Position numbers and translations under genes: made by a program
Notes under the pieces: model-generated
What the model saw: only the letters and a program-made list of their open reading frames with translations
The model's database searches: none
What the model was told of the DNA's origin: nothing
Shown here: positions 49,783 to 59,104 of the stretch, in pieces
Numbering within the stretch: the stretch's first letter is position 1
How the letters are laid out: each line of letters opens with the position of its first letter
From: Candidatus Thermofontivivens primus
Lineage (GTDB): Bacteria; Sysuimicrobiota; Sysuimicrobiia; Sysuimicrobiales; Thermofontiviventaceae
Length of the DNA stretch: 64,000 nt
Assembly: GCA_031458695.1 (NCBI GenBank)
Contig: JAVKJW010000010.1
Location: 10,487 to 74,486 of the forward strand
Direction of reading: 5' to 3'

Positions 49783-51393
49783 ATGGGGAGTTCCCTCCGG
49801 GAGACGAATCTAGAGCGCCTCAGGCGAGAACATTTCGACATACTGGTGATCGGTGGGGGTATTACCGGCGCCGGTATCGCCCGTGACGCCGCGCTCCGCG
49901 GCCTGCGCGTAGCCCTGGTGGAGCAATCCGATTTCGCAGCTGGGACGAGCAGCCGATCGTCCAAACTCGTCCACGGGGGGTTTCGCTACCTCGCCTCCCT
50001 GCAGATCCGCATTGTCTATCAATCGCTCAAGGAGCGGGGAATCTTACTGCGGATAGCCCCCCACCTCGTGCAACCGATGCCCTTCCTCCTCCCCTTCTAC
50101 AGCAATGGGCCCTATCCGGTGCGGCTTCTCAAGATGGGCCTCTCCCTCTACGACTTCCTTGCGGGCGGGTCTCAGATCAAGCCGCACACGATCCTTCCCC
50201 TCCGCGCGGTCCTCGGGTTCGCTCCATGGATCCCGCGCGAGGGCCTGATCGGCGGTGCATGGTACTACGACGCCATTACCAACGATGCGCGGCTTGTGCT
50301 TGAGAACATCAAATCCGCCTGGAAGGCAGGGGCGGTCTGTGTGAACTATGCGAAGGCCACTTCCCTCCTCCTGAGGAACGGAAAGATCTGTGGCGCCACG
50401 ATCCATGACCGTCTCAACGACGAGACCTTCGAGGTCCGGACATCCCTCGTCATCAACGCTGCAGGCCCTTGGAGCGACCAGGTACGCAGCCTTGATCCTA
50501 CGGAGAAACGGCGAGCCCTCCGCCTCACCAAGGGGATCCACCTCGTCTTTCCCCACGAGAGGTTACCTCTCACCTACGGCCTGAATTTCCTCTCCCCGCG
50601 GGATCACCGTCCTCTCCTGGCAATCCCTTGGGGCAAGTTCACCTACGTGGGAACTACGGATACCGACTATGAGGGCGATCTGGAAGAACCAGAGATCGAG
50701 CGCTCAGACGTCGAGTACCTCCTGGAAGCTCTTGACTACGGCCTCCCCACAGCCCAATTGGAATGGGGGGACATCCTAGGCGCCTGGGCGGGCATCCGTC
50801 CCCTCCTGGATGCGCGGCGGGATATCCCGCCGTGGCGGGTCTCCAGGGAGGACCGGATCGACGTCAGCCCTGCCGGCCTCATCACCATCGCTGGGGGGAA
50901 GCTTACAACCTACAGGGCAATGGCCGAGCGGGTTGTGAACCTTGCGCAGTCCCGTCTACCCGCACCCTCGCCACAGATACCCTCCCGTACCGCCAGCGTC
51001 CCCCTGGAGCCAAAGGTAGATCGCTTCCAGGAGCTGGGCCCGGACATTCCGGAAGTGGTCCAGGAGCGTCTCAACACAGTCTACGGGCCGCATGCCTGGG
51101 AGGTTGTAAAACAGGCGCGTACACCTCAGGATCTTGAACCGTTGCACCCGGACATCCCTCTCTGCCGTGCAGAGGTACGTTTATGGGTTCGCGATGAGAT
51201 GGCTATGACTCTTCCAGATGCTCTGGAACGGCGAGCAGGACTTCTGGTGTTCGACCCTTTGGGCTTCGAGCGTGAAGCGCGAGTGGTAGCCGCGTGGATG
51301 GGGGAAGAGTTCGGCTGGGATCCTGCACGAGTGGAGACAGAGGTGAAAGCCTACCAGGATTTAATCCGCAGGCGGTTGCGCTTTAAGGGGTAG
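49783..51393 (+). CDS. glpD: FAD-dependent glycerol-3-phosphate dehydrogenase/oxidase
   Basis: Motifs IGGGITGAG, GTSSRSSKLVHGGFRYL, NDARL, GTTD and GGKLTTYR. Confidence 0.9.
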   Translation: MGSSLRETNLERLRREHFDILVIGGGITGAGIARDAALRGLRVALVEQSDFAAGTSSRSSKLVHGGFRYLASLQIRIVYQSLKERGILLRIAPHLVQPMPFLLPFYSNGPYPVRLLKMGLSLYDFLAGGSQIKPHTILPLRAVLGFAPWIPREGLIGGAWYYDAITNDARLVLENIKSAWKAGAVCVNYAKATSLLLRNGKICGATIHDRLNDETFEVRTSLVINAAGPWSDQVRSLDPTEKRRALRLTKGIHLVFPHERLPLTYGLNFLSPRDHRPLLAIPWGKFTYVGTTDTDYEGDLEEPEIERSDVEYLLEALDYGLPTAQLEWGDILGAWAGIRPLLDARRDIPPWRVSREDRIDVSPAGLITIAGGKLTTYRAMAERVVNLAQSRLPAPSPQIPSRTASVPLEPKVDRFQELGPDIPEVVQERLNTVYGPHAWEVVKQARTPQDLEPLHPDIPLCRAEVRLWVRDEMAMTLPDALERRAGLLVFDPLGFEREARVVAAWMGEEFGWDPARVETEVKAYQDLIRRRLRFKG

Positions 51394-51456
51394 CCAAGAG
51401 GGCCCAGGTACACATTTTGACCATTGCCAAGGGACTTCAAGAAGGGCGAACCAGCT

Positions 51457-52887
51457 GTGTCCACAGAGTGTATCTTCCCAAGCCTTCAGCACCCCGAAGC
51501 GATCTCCTCCTTCGTGGAAGCATGCAGGGATCTCCTTGGTGACCGTGTCTCCACCTCCCCAGAAGACCGGCTGAAAGCTGGAAAGGACTGGTGGCCACGG
51601 GCATGGCTCTGGGATGCCCGTGGGAAGGTCCTGTCCTTTCCTGACGTGGTGGTATGGCCAGAGAGTACGGAGGAAGTTGTTGCTCTCGTTCGTCTTGCCT
51701 CCCAACACCGCATCCCCATCACACCGAGAGGTGGAGGATCGGGGGTCCTCGGAGGTGCGGTGCCAGTCCGCGGCGGCGTGGTGATGGACCTCACCAGGAT
51801 GCGCCGCATCCGGGAACTCCACGAGGAGGACCTCCTCGTCACAGTAGAGGCAGGGATCCTCGGCATTACCCTCGAGGAGGAACTAAACCGCCAAGGGTTT
51901 ACCTGTGGACACATCCCTCAATCCCTGGCCCTCTCTACAGTTGGAGGCTGGATTGCAGCCAGAAGCATCGGAGAGTTCTCCACCAAGTACGGCCCCATTG
52001 AAGGAATGGTAGCGGGGTTGGAAGTGGTCCTCCCTTGGGGAGAGATCTGGCGAACCCGGGTTGCACCTCGCACTGCTACGGGTCCGGGCCTTATGGATCT
52101 GTTTGTAGGAGCTGAGGGAACTTTGGGGATCATCACCGCAGCAACACTCCGTATCCGCCGACTCCCCGAGATGCGAAGGATGCGGTCCTTCACCTTCCCC
52201 GACTTGGCTAAGGGGATCACCGCGGTTAGGGAGATGATTCAGCGAGGAGTCCTTCCTGCAGTGTGCAGGTTATATGACGAGATGGAGGCGGCCTACCGGT
52301 TCAGCTCCGTGGTACGCAAGGGAGGACCTCTCTTACTCCTTCTCTTTGAAGGAGAGAGCCGCCTCGTCTTAGCAGAGGATTCTGTGGGAACAGAGATCTG
52401 TCTGGATCACGGTGCTCAAGAGACTGGGGAGGAGCCGATGCAACATTGGCTCAAGACGCGCTTCGACGTCTCGGAGGTAGAAGCCCTCCTCAAGCAGGGG
52501 GCCGTCCTCGACACCATAGAGGTGGCGGCGACGTACTCGCGGATCCTCCCCCTCTACGATGCAGTCGTCGGCGCGATCCAGGCCGTGCCTGGAACGGTGG
52601 TCGCATTCGGCCATTTCTCCCACTTTTACCCGGATGGTGCCTGTCTTTACGTCTCCCTCGCAGGCTTTCCAGGGGAGGACCGGGAGGGTTACCATCAGCG
52701 ATGTTGGGAGGCCGCAATGCATGCGTGTCTCGCCAGAGGCGGGACCATCAGCCACCACCACGGCATTGGCCTACAGAAAGCGCCCTGGTTGGGACAGGAG
52801 CTTGGTGAAGGGCTTGAGATCCTCCGAAGGATCAAGCGGGCGATCGACCCGCACGAATTGTTCAACCCGGGGAAGTTCGGGGTGTAG
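51457..52887 (+). CDS. FAD-binding oxidase, alkyl-DHAP synthase (ADPS/YgcU)-like
   Basis: Motifs PRGGGSGVLGG, GHIPQS...STVGGW, STKYG, GAEGTLGI, HFSH.Y, SHHHGIG and FNPGK. Confidence 0.8.
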   Translation: MSTECIFPSLQHPEAISSFVEACRDLLGDRVSTSPEDRLKAGKDWWPRAWLWDARGKVLSFPDVVVWPESTEEVVALVRLASQHRIPITPRGGGSGVLGGAVPVRGGVVMDLTRMRRIRELHEEDLLVTVEAGILGITLEEELNRQGFTCGHIPQSLALSTVGGWIAARSIGEFSTKYGPIEGMVAGLEVVLPWGEIWRTRVAPRTATGPGLMDLFVGAEGTLGIITAATLRIRRLPEMRRMRSFTFPDLAKGITAVREMIQRGVLPAVCRLYDEMEAAYRFSSVVRKGGPLLLLLFEGESRLVLAEDSVGTEICLDHGAQETGEEPMQHWLKTRFDVSEVEALLKQGAVLDTIEVAATYSRILPLYDAVVGAIQAVPGTVVAFGHFSHFYPDGACLYVSLAGFPGEDREGYHQRCWEAAMHACLARGGTISHHHGIGLQKAPWLGQELGEGLEILRRIKRAIDPHELFNPGKFGV

Positions 52888-52893
52888 AAGGGA

Positions 52894-54168
52894 TCAAGGG
52901 GGTGTGAGCACTTCTATCCCGTTCATATAGGGAACGAGCACAGGCGGAATGCGGACAGAGCCGTCTGGTTGCTGAAAGTTCTCCAGGATGGCAATGATTG
53001 TCCGTGTGGATGCCATCAAGGTACCGTTCAACGTGTGGACGTACGCGCCTCCCCCGTGACCTTTTGGACGGAAGCGGATGCGAAGGCGCCGGGCCTGGAA
53101 ATCGGTACAGTTGCTGCAGGAGTGGGTCTCTGCATACTCCCCACGTCCTGGCATCCACGTCTCGATGTCGTATTGCTTGGCCGCCGGTAGCCCCATGTCT
53201 CCTGCACAGATGCTCACCACGCGATAAGGTAGCCCGAGGCTCTGGAGGAAACGCTCCTGGAGGGAGACGAGGTACTCGTGCTCCTCGCGGGACCGATCTG
53301 GATGGGCAAAGGAAAACATCTCCACTTTTTCAAACTGGTGGACGCGGAAGATGCCACGGACGTCTCGCCCGTAACTCCCTGCCTCCCGCCGAAAGCAGGA
53401 GGAGAGCCCAGCAAGTCGGATGGGTAGCGCTTCTTCCTCCAGGACTTCCTCAGAGAACATCGCCGCCATGGGATGCTCGGATGTCCCGATCAAGGCGAGA
53501 TCCTCCTCCGCAATGCGGTAGACTTGCAGGGTGTCCAGTTGATCCCCTCCCATCGCGCCAATGAGCATCTCCTGCCGGACGAGCATTGGAGGGACAACGG
53601 GTGTAAACCCCTCCCGGACTAGCAGATCCATTGCCAGCCGGATCAACGCCATTTCCAGGAGGACTCCAGTTCCCTTCAGGAAGTAGTACCGCGACCCGCT
53701 GACCTTGGCACCTCGCTCCAGATCGAGAATACCCAACCGTTTTCCCAACTCCACGTGATCCAGGGGCTGAAAGGTGAACTTTGGCTTCTCCCCCCATGAC
53801 CGTACAGGGACATTTTCAGAAGCATCCCGGCCCTCGGGAGTGTCCTCGCTGGGCAGATTCGGGAGCTTGAAGAGCAACCGGTTCAGCTCCTCCTCGGCCA
53901 AAGCGAGTTGTTCTTCCAGGCCCTTCAGCCTCTCTGAGAGTTCCCGAAGGCCAGTCCTGCGAACCTCGCGCTCTTCCTCTGGGAGGCGAGCGATCTCCTC
54001 CGATTGGACCTTACGCTCCCTGCGAAGACGGTCGACCTCCTGCTGGAGCTCGCGCCGTCTGCGGTCCACCTCCAGGATCTCATCGACGATACCCGGATCT
54101 CCCTGCCGCCTACGCAGGCCGACGCGGACTAATTCTGGATCCCTGCGGATTAAGTTCAGATCCAGCAT
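52894..54168 (-). CDS. serS: Serine--tRNA ligase
   Basis: Starts MLDLNLIR. N-terminal coiled coil, GTSE, FRREAG, RVHQFEKVE, SCSNCTDFQARR and HTLNGT. Confidence 0.96.
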   Translation of the reverse strand: MLDLNLIRRDPELVRVGLRRRQGDPGIVDEILEVDRRRRELQQEVDRLRRERKVQSEEIARLPEEEREVRRTGLRELSERLKGLEEQLALAEEELNRLLFKLPNLPSEDTPEGRDASENVPVRSWGEKPKFTFQPLDHVELGKRLGILDLERGAKVSGSRYYFLKGTGVLLEMALIRLAMDLLVREGFTPVVPPMLVRQEMLIGAMGGDQLDTLQVYRIAEEDLALIGTSEHPMAAMFSEEVLEEEALPIRLAGLSSCFRREAGSYGRDVRGIFRVHQFEKVEMFSFAHPDRSREEHEYLVSLQERFLQSLGLPYRVVSICAGDMGLPAAKQYDIETWMPGRGEYAETHSCSNCTDFQARRLRIRFRPKGHGGGAYVHTLNGTLMASTRTIIAILENFQQPDGSVRIPPVLVPYMNGIEVLTPP

Positions 54169-54219
54169 CCTTCTCCCCTCTCTATTGAACTCCAACAAAG
54201 TCTTTGGGTCGTTGGTGGG

Positions 54220-55842
54220 TTACTTGCCCAGCTCAACAGCGCGCACCCCGAAAATCCCCTCCACGCTGCGAATCCTCATTACCGCTTCCGGCGGGACAGG
54301 GGAATCCGTGGAGAGAACCATGAGTGCTACACCGCCTGGCATAACCCTTCCCACAGTCATCCCGGCGATATTCACCTGGAGTTCCCCTAAGATCGAGCCC
54401 ACCTTCCCAATCATCCCCGGGCGATCCATGTTCCAGATGAAAAGCATATGCGGTGCAGGGGATAGGTCAAGACGGTATTCGCCGACATGGGTGATGCGGG
54501 GCTCCTTGCGGCCAAACACCGTACCTCCAAGCACCAATAGCCCTCCCCGTGGGTTCTCCTCGTGAGGCTCCCTCCGGCGGTAGACGATCCGCGCCTGGAT
54601 GAGCGCAGTGAAGTCTTCGCTCGTCTCCCGGCGGGCTTCCCTGACCTCAAGCCCGCGCTCCTTGGCCAGGATAGGAGCACTAATCAGGTTCATGGGCTCC
54701 GCACTGGTGGCCTGGAGGAATCCTGCAAGGAATGAGCTCGCAAGTGGTGCGGAGGGCTCTTTCGAGATCTCCCCCTCATACACCAGTTCGATCCCCTCGA
54801 TCTGGCCATCCACGAGGTTCCCGGCAAGAGCACCCAACTGCCGGGAAAGTTCCAAGAATGGCTCCAGGCGCTGCCAAGCTTCCTCTGGGAGCGCAGGGGC
54901 GTTTACCGCCCCTTTTACGGGGAGGCCGCGAAGGGCCGCCAGGACTTGTCGGCTCACCTCCAGGGAGATCGCCCTCTGCGCCTCCTCTGTGGAGGCACCG
55001 AGATGCGGTGTGGCCACCACGCGCGGGTGGCCTACCAAGGGAGAATCACTTGGCGGTTCGCGCTCGAAGACATCGAGGGCGGCCCCTTGAAGGTGCCCAC
55101 GGTCCAAGAACTCAAGCAGGACTTCCTCATCGACGATCCCCCCGCGTGCGCAGTTGATGAGGTAGGCTCCTGGCTTCATCTTGGCCAGCGCCTCACGGTT
55201 GAGGAGACGCCGCGTCTGGTGGGTCAGTGGAACGTGCAGGGTGAGGAAATCACTCCTTGCCAGGATCTCTTCCCAACCCACCAGCTCCGCCCCGATACGC
55301 TTTGCTCGGTCCTCGCTAATGTACGGGTCGTATGCGAGCACCCGCATGCCGAATACCAGAGCTCTCCGCGCTACCTCTCCCCCAATCTTCCCCAGACCCA
55401 CGATCCCAAGGGTTTTGCCGTAGAGCTCCGTTCCAACGAAACGCTCCCGTTCCCACTTTCCTTGGGCGAGGCTCGCGCACGCGGCGGGAATTCGCCGCGC
55501 CAGGGCCAAGAGAAGGGCCATGGTATGCTCAGCAGCCGCGACGGTGCTCCCCTCCGGTGTGTTCACCACCAGAATCCCCTGGCGCGTTGCGCTGGCGATG
55601 TCCACGTTGTCCACACCAACACCTGCCCTGGCGATCACGCGCAACTGTCTCCCTGCCTCGATGACCTCCCTGGTTACCTTGGTGCCGCTGCGCACGATGA
55701 GCGCATGGTAAGCCGGGATCAGATGGACCAGTTCTTCGGGAGAGGGATTCAAAGAGATGTCCACCACCGTTTCCCTCCGGAGGAGATCCAGCCCTTCGGG
55801 GTGAAGAGGCTCTGTCACAAGGACGCGGGGAGTCCCCTCCAT
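54220..55842 (-). CDS. serA: D-3-phosphoglycerate dehydrogenase (type I, with ASB and ACT domains)
   Basis: Motifs RAGVGVDN, GLGKIG, NCARGG, TPHLGAST and ACT DRPGMIG. Confidence 0.95.
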   Translation of the reverse strand: MEGTPRVLVTEPLHPEGLDLLRRETVVDISLNPSPEELVHLIPAYHALIVRSGTKVTREVIEAGRQLRVIARAGVGVDNVDIASATRQGILVVNTPEGSTVAAAEHTMALLLALARRIPAACASLAQGKWERERFVGTELYGKTLGIVGLGKIGGEVARRALVFGMRVLAYDPYISEDRAKRIGAELVGWEEILARSDFLTLHVPLTHQTRRLLNREALAKMKPGAYLINCARGGIVDEEVLLEFLDRGHLQGAALDVFEREPPSDSPLVGHPRVVATPHLGASTEEAQRAISLEVSRQVLAALRGLPVKGAVNAPALPEEAWQRLEPFLELSRQLGALAGNLVDGQIEGIELVYEGEISKEPSAPLASSFLAGFLQATSAEPMNLISAPILAKERGLEVREARRETSEDFTALIQARIVYRRREPHEENPRGGLLVLGGTVFGRKEPRITHVGEYRLDLSPAPHMLFIWNMDRPGMIGKVGSILGELQVNIAGMTVGRVMPGGVALMVLSTDSPVPPEAVMRIRSVEGIFGVRAVELGK

Positions 55843-55845
55843 CGG

Positions 55846-57015
55846 CTACTGTGGCACCTCCACAGTTGTTGCAAAAACTTTCTCCGCCGCCTTCACGCCC
55901 ATCCCGCGCTCGACAGGGAATCCGAGCTCAGGGAGGACCTCCTCAAGTGCAGCAAGCACTGCAAGGATATCTTGCTGCTCGACGTAGCCTAGATGACCGA
56001 TGCGAAAGATCTTCCCCTCCAGCGGCCCTTGGCCACCGGCAACCACCACGCCATGCTCTTCCTTGAGCCGAGCAATCAACCGACGGACATCCACTCCTTC
56101 CGGCACCCGTACCGCTGTCACAGCGTTGGAAGCGTAGGGCTCCTCGGCGAGGAGGGAAAGTCCGAGCCCCCTGACTCCCGCCCGAGTTGCCCGGGCCATG
56201 AGGGCATGGCGGGCAATCCAGTTCGCTAGACCCACCTGTCGGATTCGCGCAAGGGCAACATCGAGGGCATAGACAACGGAAATTGCCGGGGTGAATGGGG
56301 TTTGCATGACGGGGCGTTCCAGGTATCGCTTGGCCTCGTGGAAGTCAAAATAATAGCGAGGCATGCGTGCGTGTTGGACAGCCTCCCACGCCCGTGGCCC
56401 CACGGCCACCAGGGCGATCCCCGGAGGACTCATGAGCGCCTTCTGGGAGGCTGTAACCACTACATCAAGTCCCCACGCGTCAGTCTGGCAGTCCATCGCC
56501 CCCACCGCGCTCACGCCGTCCACCAGGAGCAGCGCGGGGTGATTCTCCCTCGCTTCGGAAATCGCGCGCACATCGTTGGTGACGCCTGTAGACGTATCGT
56601 TGTGGGTCACCAGGATCGCCTTGATCTCCCCTTTCCGGTCGCGACGGAGGCGGTCTGCTACCACCTCAGGTGGGATGGGCTTCCCCCACTCGACCGTGAT
56701 GCGCTCCACCCTGGCTCCATAAGCTTCAGCAATATCAGCAAACCGGTCGCCGAAGAACCCGCAACTGAGGCTCAGGACTACATCACCGGGGGAAAGAGTA
56801 TTGACCACTGCCGCTTCCAGGCCTCCTGTGCCAGAGGAGGTCAAGGGGAGGACATCATGGTTAGTCTGGAAGACCTCGCGCGCGCCTTCAATCACCCTCC
56901 GGAGGATCCCAGCAAAGGAAGGGCTCCGGTGGTTGATCATCTGTTGCCCTGTTGCCTCGAGAACTTCCGGGGGAAGGGGCGTCGGACCCGGGATCAGAAG
57001 ATACTTTTGTTCCAT
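55846..57015 (-). CDS. Class V PLP aminotransferase (serine-pyruvate/AGT family; probable phosphoserine aminotransferase)
   Basis: Motifs IPGPT, SSGTGGLE, THNDTSTG, VDGVS, SQKAL and FRIGHLG. First gene of the ser operon. Confidence 0.88.
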   Translation of the reverse strand: MEQKYLLIPGPTPLPPEVLEATGQQMINHRSPSFAGILRRVIEGAREVFQTNHDVLPLTSSGTGGLEAAVVNTLSPGDVVLSLSCGFFGDRFADIAEAYGARVERITVEWGKPIPPEVVADRLRRDRKGEIKAILVTHNDTSTGVTNDVRAISEARENHPALLLVDGVSAVGAMDCQTDAWGLDVVVTASQKALMSPPGIALVAVGPRAWEAVQHARMPRYYFDFHEAKRYLERPVMQTPFTPAISVVYALDVALARIRQVGLANWIARHALMARATRAGVRGLGLSLLAEEPYASNAVTAVRVPEGVDVRRLIARLKEEHGVVVAGGQGPLEGKIFRIGHLGYVEQQDILAVLAALEEVLPELGFPVERGMGVKAAEKVFATTVEVPQ

Positions 57016-57096
57016 CGTCCACCTCCGTTAGAGTGTATCGCGTTATTGGGTTCATTGAGTCTATTGGGGCGTAGGACCCATTGCACTCTCCCCCAA

Positions 57097-57125
57097 TCAC
57101 TCTCTCCCTCGATGGGAGAGAGTGA
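57097..57125. repeat. 12-bp perfect palindromic hairpin downstream of the T-box terminator
   Basis: TCACTCTCTCCC-TCGAT-GGGAGAGAGTGA. Confidence 0.6.
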
Positions 57126-57139
57126 AAAATCCTCCAAAT

Positions 57140-57403
57140 AAGCGAAAGAGCCCAACCTCTCCTCAGAGGCGAGCCCAAAATCCCCGCGGTGCCACTCTGG
57201 TTCTGCAAGGAAACGATAGGAGTCCCCTTGCAGCACTCTCCCCGCTTTATCGGGCGGTCTTCCCGGCTGCCTTAAACGGAAGCCTTCCCCTCCGCCTCCA
57301 GCAGCAGCTCAGGAGCGGATTCAGCGCCTCGCCCGCCGGCTTACACCTCCCGCCGGCTCTCTTCAGGGGCAACCGGCACCTACTACTCTCCTTCATCGCC
57401 TTT
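57140..57403 (-). promoter_or_regulatory. Serine T-box riboswitch (transcription antitermination leader)
   Basis: On the minus strand: stem I GCGATGAAGGAGAG...AGAGAGC...GGTGTAA...GAA-TCC-GCTCC (Ser specifier at 57317-57319), T-box AACCAGAGTGGCACCGCG (57185-57202), and terminator GGGCTCGCCTCT-GAGG-AGAGGTTGGGCTC-TTT. Confidence 0.93.
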
Positions 57404-57410
57404 GGGGGTT

Positions 57411-57439
57411 ATCTTAGCATGTCCCCTTTCCTTCGTCAA
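57411..57439 (-). promoter_or_regulatory. Sigma70-type promoter for the T-box leader
   Basis: Minus strand TTGACG-N17-TAAGAT, with a TGn extension. Confidence 0.75.
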
Positions 57440-57667
57440 TTCGACACCCAAGGCCTGTCAAACCAACCCTGAGCCCGGCCGACCTCATGGAACATCCCAC
57501 CACTACGGGGAAGTGGACAAAACAGACCAGATGGAATGGCAACACTTCGAATCTGCATTGTTGGAAAGGACGACAGAGCTCAGTCCCAGCGGAATTTCCC
57601 TCCAGGGGATCCACCAGGGGTCTATGCTCCAGGAAGCGAAATGAAGGAATGAAGGGCAGGATCAACG

Positions 57668-58843
57668 ATGGATCTCACCAAAGTCCGGAGGTTCGTGAAC
57701 CGAAAGATAGGGCGAATAGGTGAGGTTACACTCATACGCTATGTATTCCCCCTCGACCTGTCCTACGGCCGGGTATGTTTGTCCGCGCTTCTCTCCGTCG
57801 ATTCCTCACTCCTCGGCCGGTTAAGCCGTCCCCCAGTTACGACCCCTCTTCCTCTACGTTCCATTATATTCCTTGACATCGAGACCACAGCCCTCGGTAC
57901 GGGGCGGGAGTGCCAAGTCTTTCTCGTTGGGCTTGGAAGGATCGAAGGAGAAACTCTTCTTCTTGAGCAATACTTCCTAGAGCACCCCAGGGCCGAGACA
58001 GAGATACTCACGATGTTGCGCCTCCAAATGGAGGGAGTAACGTCCTTCGTCAGCTTCAACGGCCGTCTCTTTGACTGGCCGGTCCTAAGATCACGGTTCC
58101 TCTCTCTTGACCTCGGCGAGCCCCCTCCGGACCCGATCCACCTTGACCTCTTGTATCCGGCACGACGGGTGTGGCGGCCTCGGGTCGGAAGTGCCAGCCT
58201 CACCGCAATTGAGGCCAGCGTCCTAGGAGCCCACCGCTCCATAGACGTTCCAAGCTGGCTTGTTCCAAGCCTTTACTGGAAGTATCTGGAGTGGGGTGAC
58301 CCCAAGATCATTGAGCCGGTCCTCGCTCACAATCTCCAGGATGTCCTGGCCCTACCTGCGCTTCTTGCCCTGCTGGGTCAGGCTCTCCACGACCCTGCAC
58401 ACCTGGAAGAACCCGAGGACCGCTTTGGAATGGCTTGCCTTCTAGAGGAGGCCAACGACTTTGCGCGGGCACAGTTAGGTTATGAGCAGGCTCTGCAGGG
58501 GAATCCCTCGCAAGAGATCAGACTGAAGGCGGTGCTCCGGCTGGCCGATCTCTACCGCCGATCGGGGCAGTTCATAGGGTCAATCCAGCTCCTCGAGGAG
58601 GAAGCGGAGGGTCCGTTGCGAGGGTGTTCTTGCATCTACGCGAAGCTTGCCAAGCTCTACGAGCGGCACCTACGAGATTTTGCAGCAGCGCACGCCATGG
58701 CTATGAAAGCCCTGGATCTGTTGAATACCGACCCCACCCTTTCTGAGCCGCAGCGGAAGAGACTGGAGGAGGAACTCGTCTGCCGCTTGGAACGGCTCGA
58801 GCGGAGGTTGAGCCGAATCCCCTCAGCATCGCTTCGCGTGTAG
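57668..58843 (+). CDS. YprB/MrfB-like DEDD (RNase_H_2) exonuclease with C-terminal TPRs
   Basis: Motifs FLDIETT, SFNGRLFD, HLDLL, SLTAIE and HNLQDV, followed by TPR-like helices. Confidence 0.85.
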   Translation: MDLTKVRRFVNRKIGRIGEVTLIRYVFPLDLSYGRVCLSALLSVDSSLLGRLSRPPVTTPLPLRSIIFLDIETTALGTGRECQVFLVGLGRIEGETLLLEQYFLEHPRAETEILTMLRLQMEGVTSFVSFNGRLFDWPVLRSRFLSLDLGEPPPDPIHLDLLYPARRVWRPRVGSASLTAIEASVLGAHRSIDVPSWLVPSLYWKYLEWGDPKIIEPVLAHNLQDVLALPALLALLGQALHDPAHLEEPEDRFGMACLLEEANDFARAQLGYEQALQGNPSQEIRLKAVLRLADLYRRSGQFIGSIQLLEEEAEGPLRGCSCIYAKLAKLYERHLRDFAAAHAMAMKALDLLNTDPTLSEPQRKRLEEELVCRLERLERRLSRIPSASLRV

Positions 58844-59104
58844 CCGAAAGAAACCCTCACACGCTAGCTTCCGCGGGCTAGTAACCCCATTACCTCAACG
58901 AGGCCCCTTGTGGCGAGGATAAGGCTCCTCGGCAATACAGGGATCCACCCAATCAAGAACGGTGCTGTCCGTGACTATCACCCACTAGATGCAACCGGCC
59001 TGCACGCCGCTCTCTCCGCATAGCAAGCCTCACCTTGCCTTTGCCGGAAGCGTCCCCTCCGCTTGCAAAGGAAAGCGGCGGGAGGATGCTGAAAAATCCC
59101 GGAG

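Noticed and set aside
57440..57723. Short ORFs upstream of yprB
   Set aside because: No RBS or motif support. More likely divergent promoter DNA.
58844..59104. Possible degenerate PIN-toxin fragment (minus strand VIVTDSTVL) or ncRNA in the yprB-fpg spacer
   Set aside because: The match is too short, the frame closes quickly, and I recognised no RNA family.
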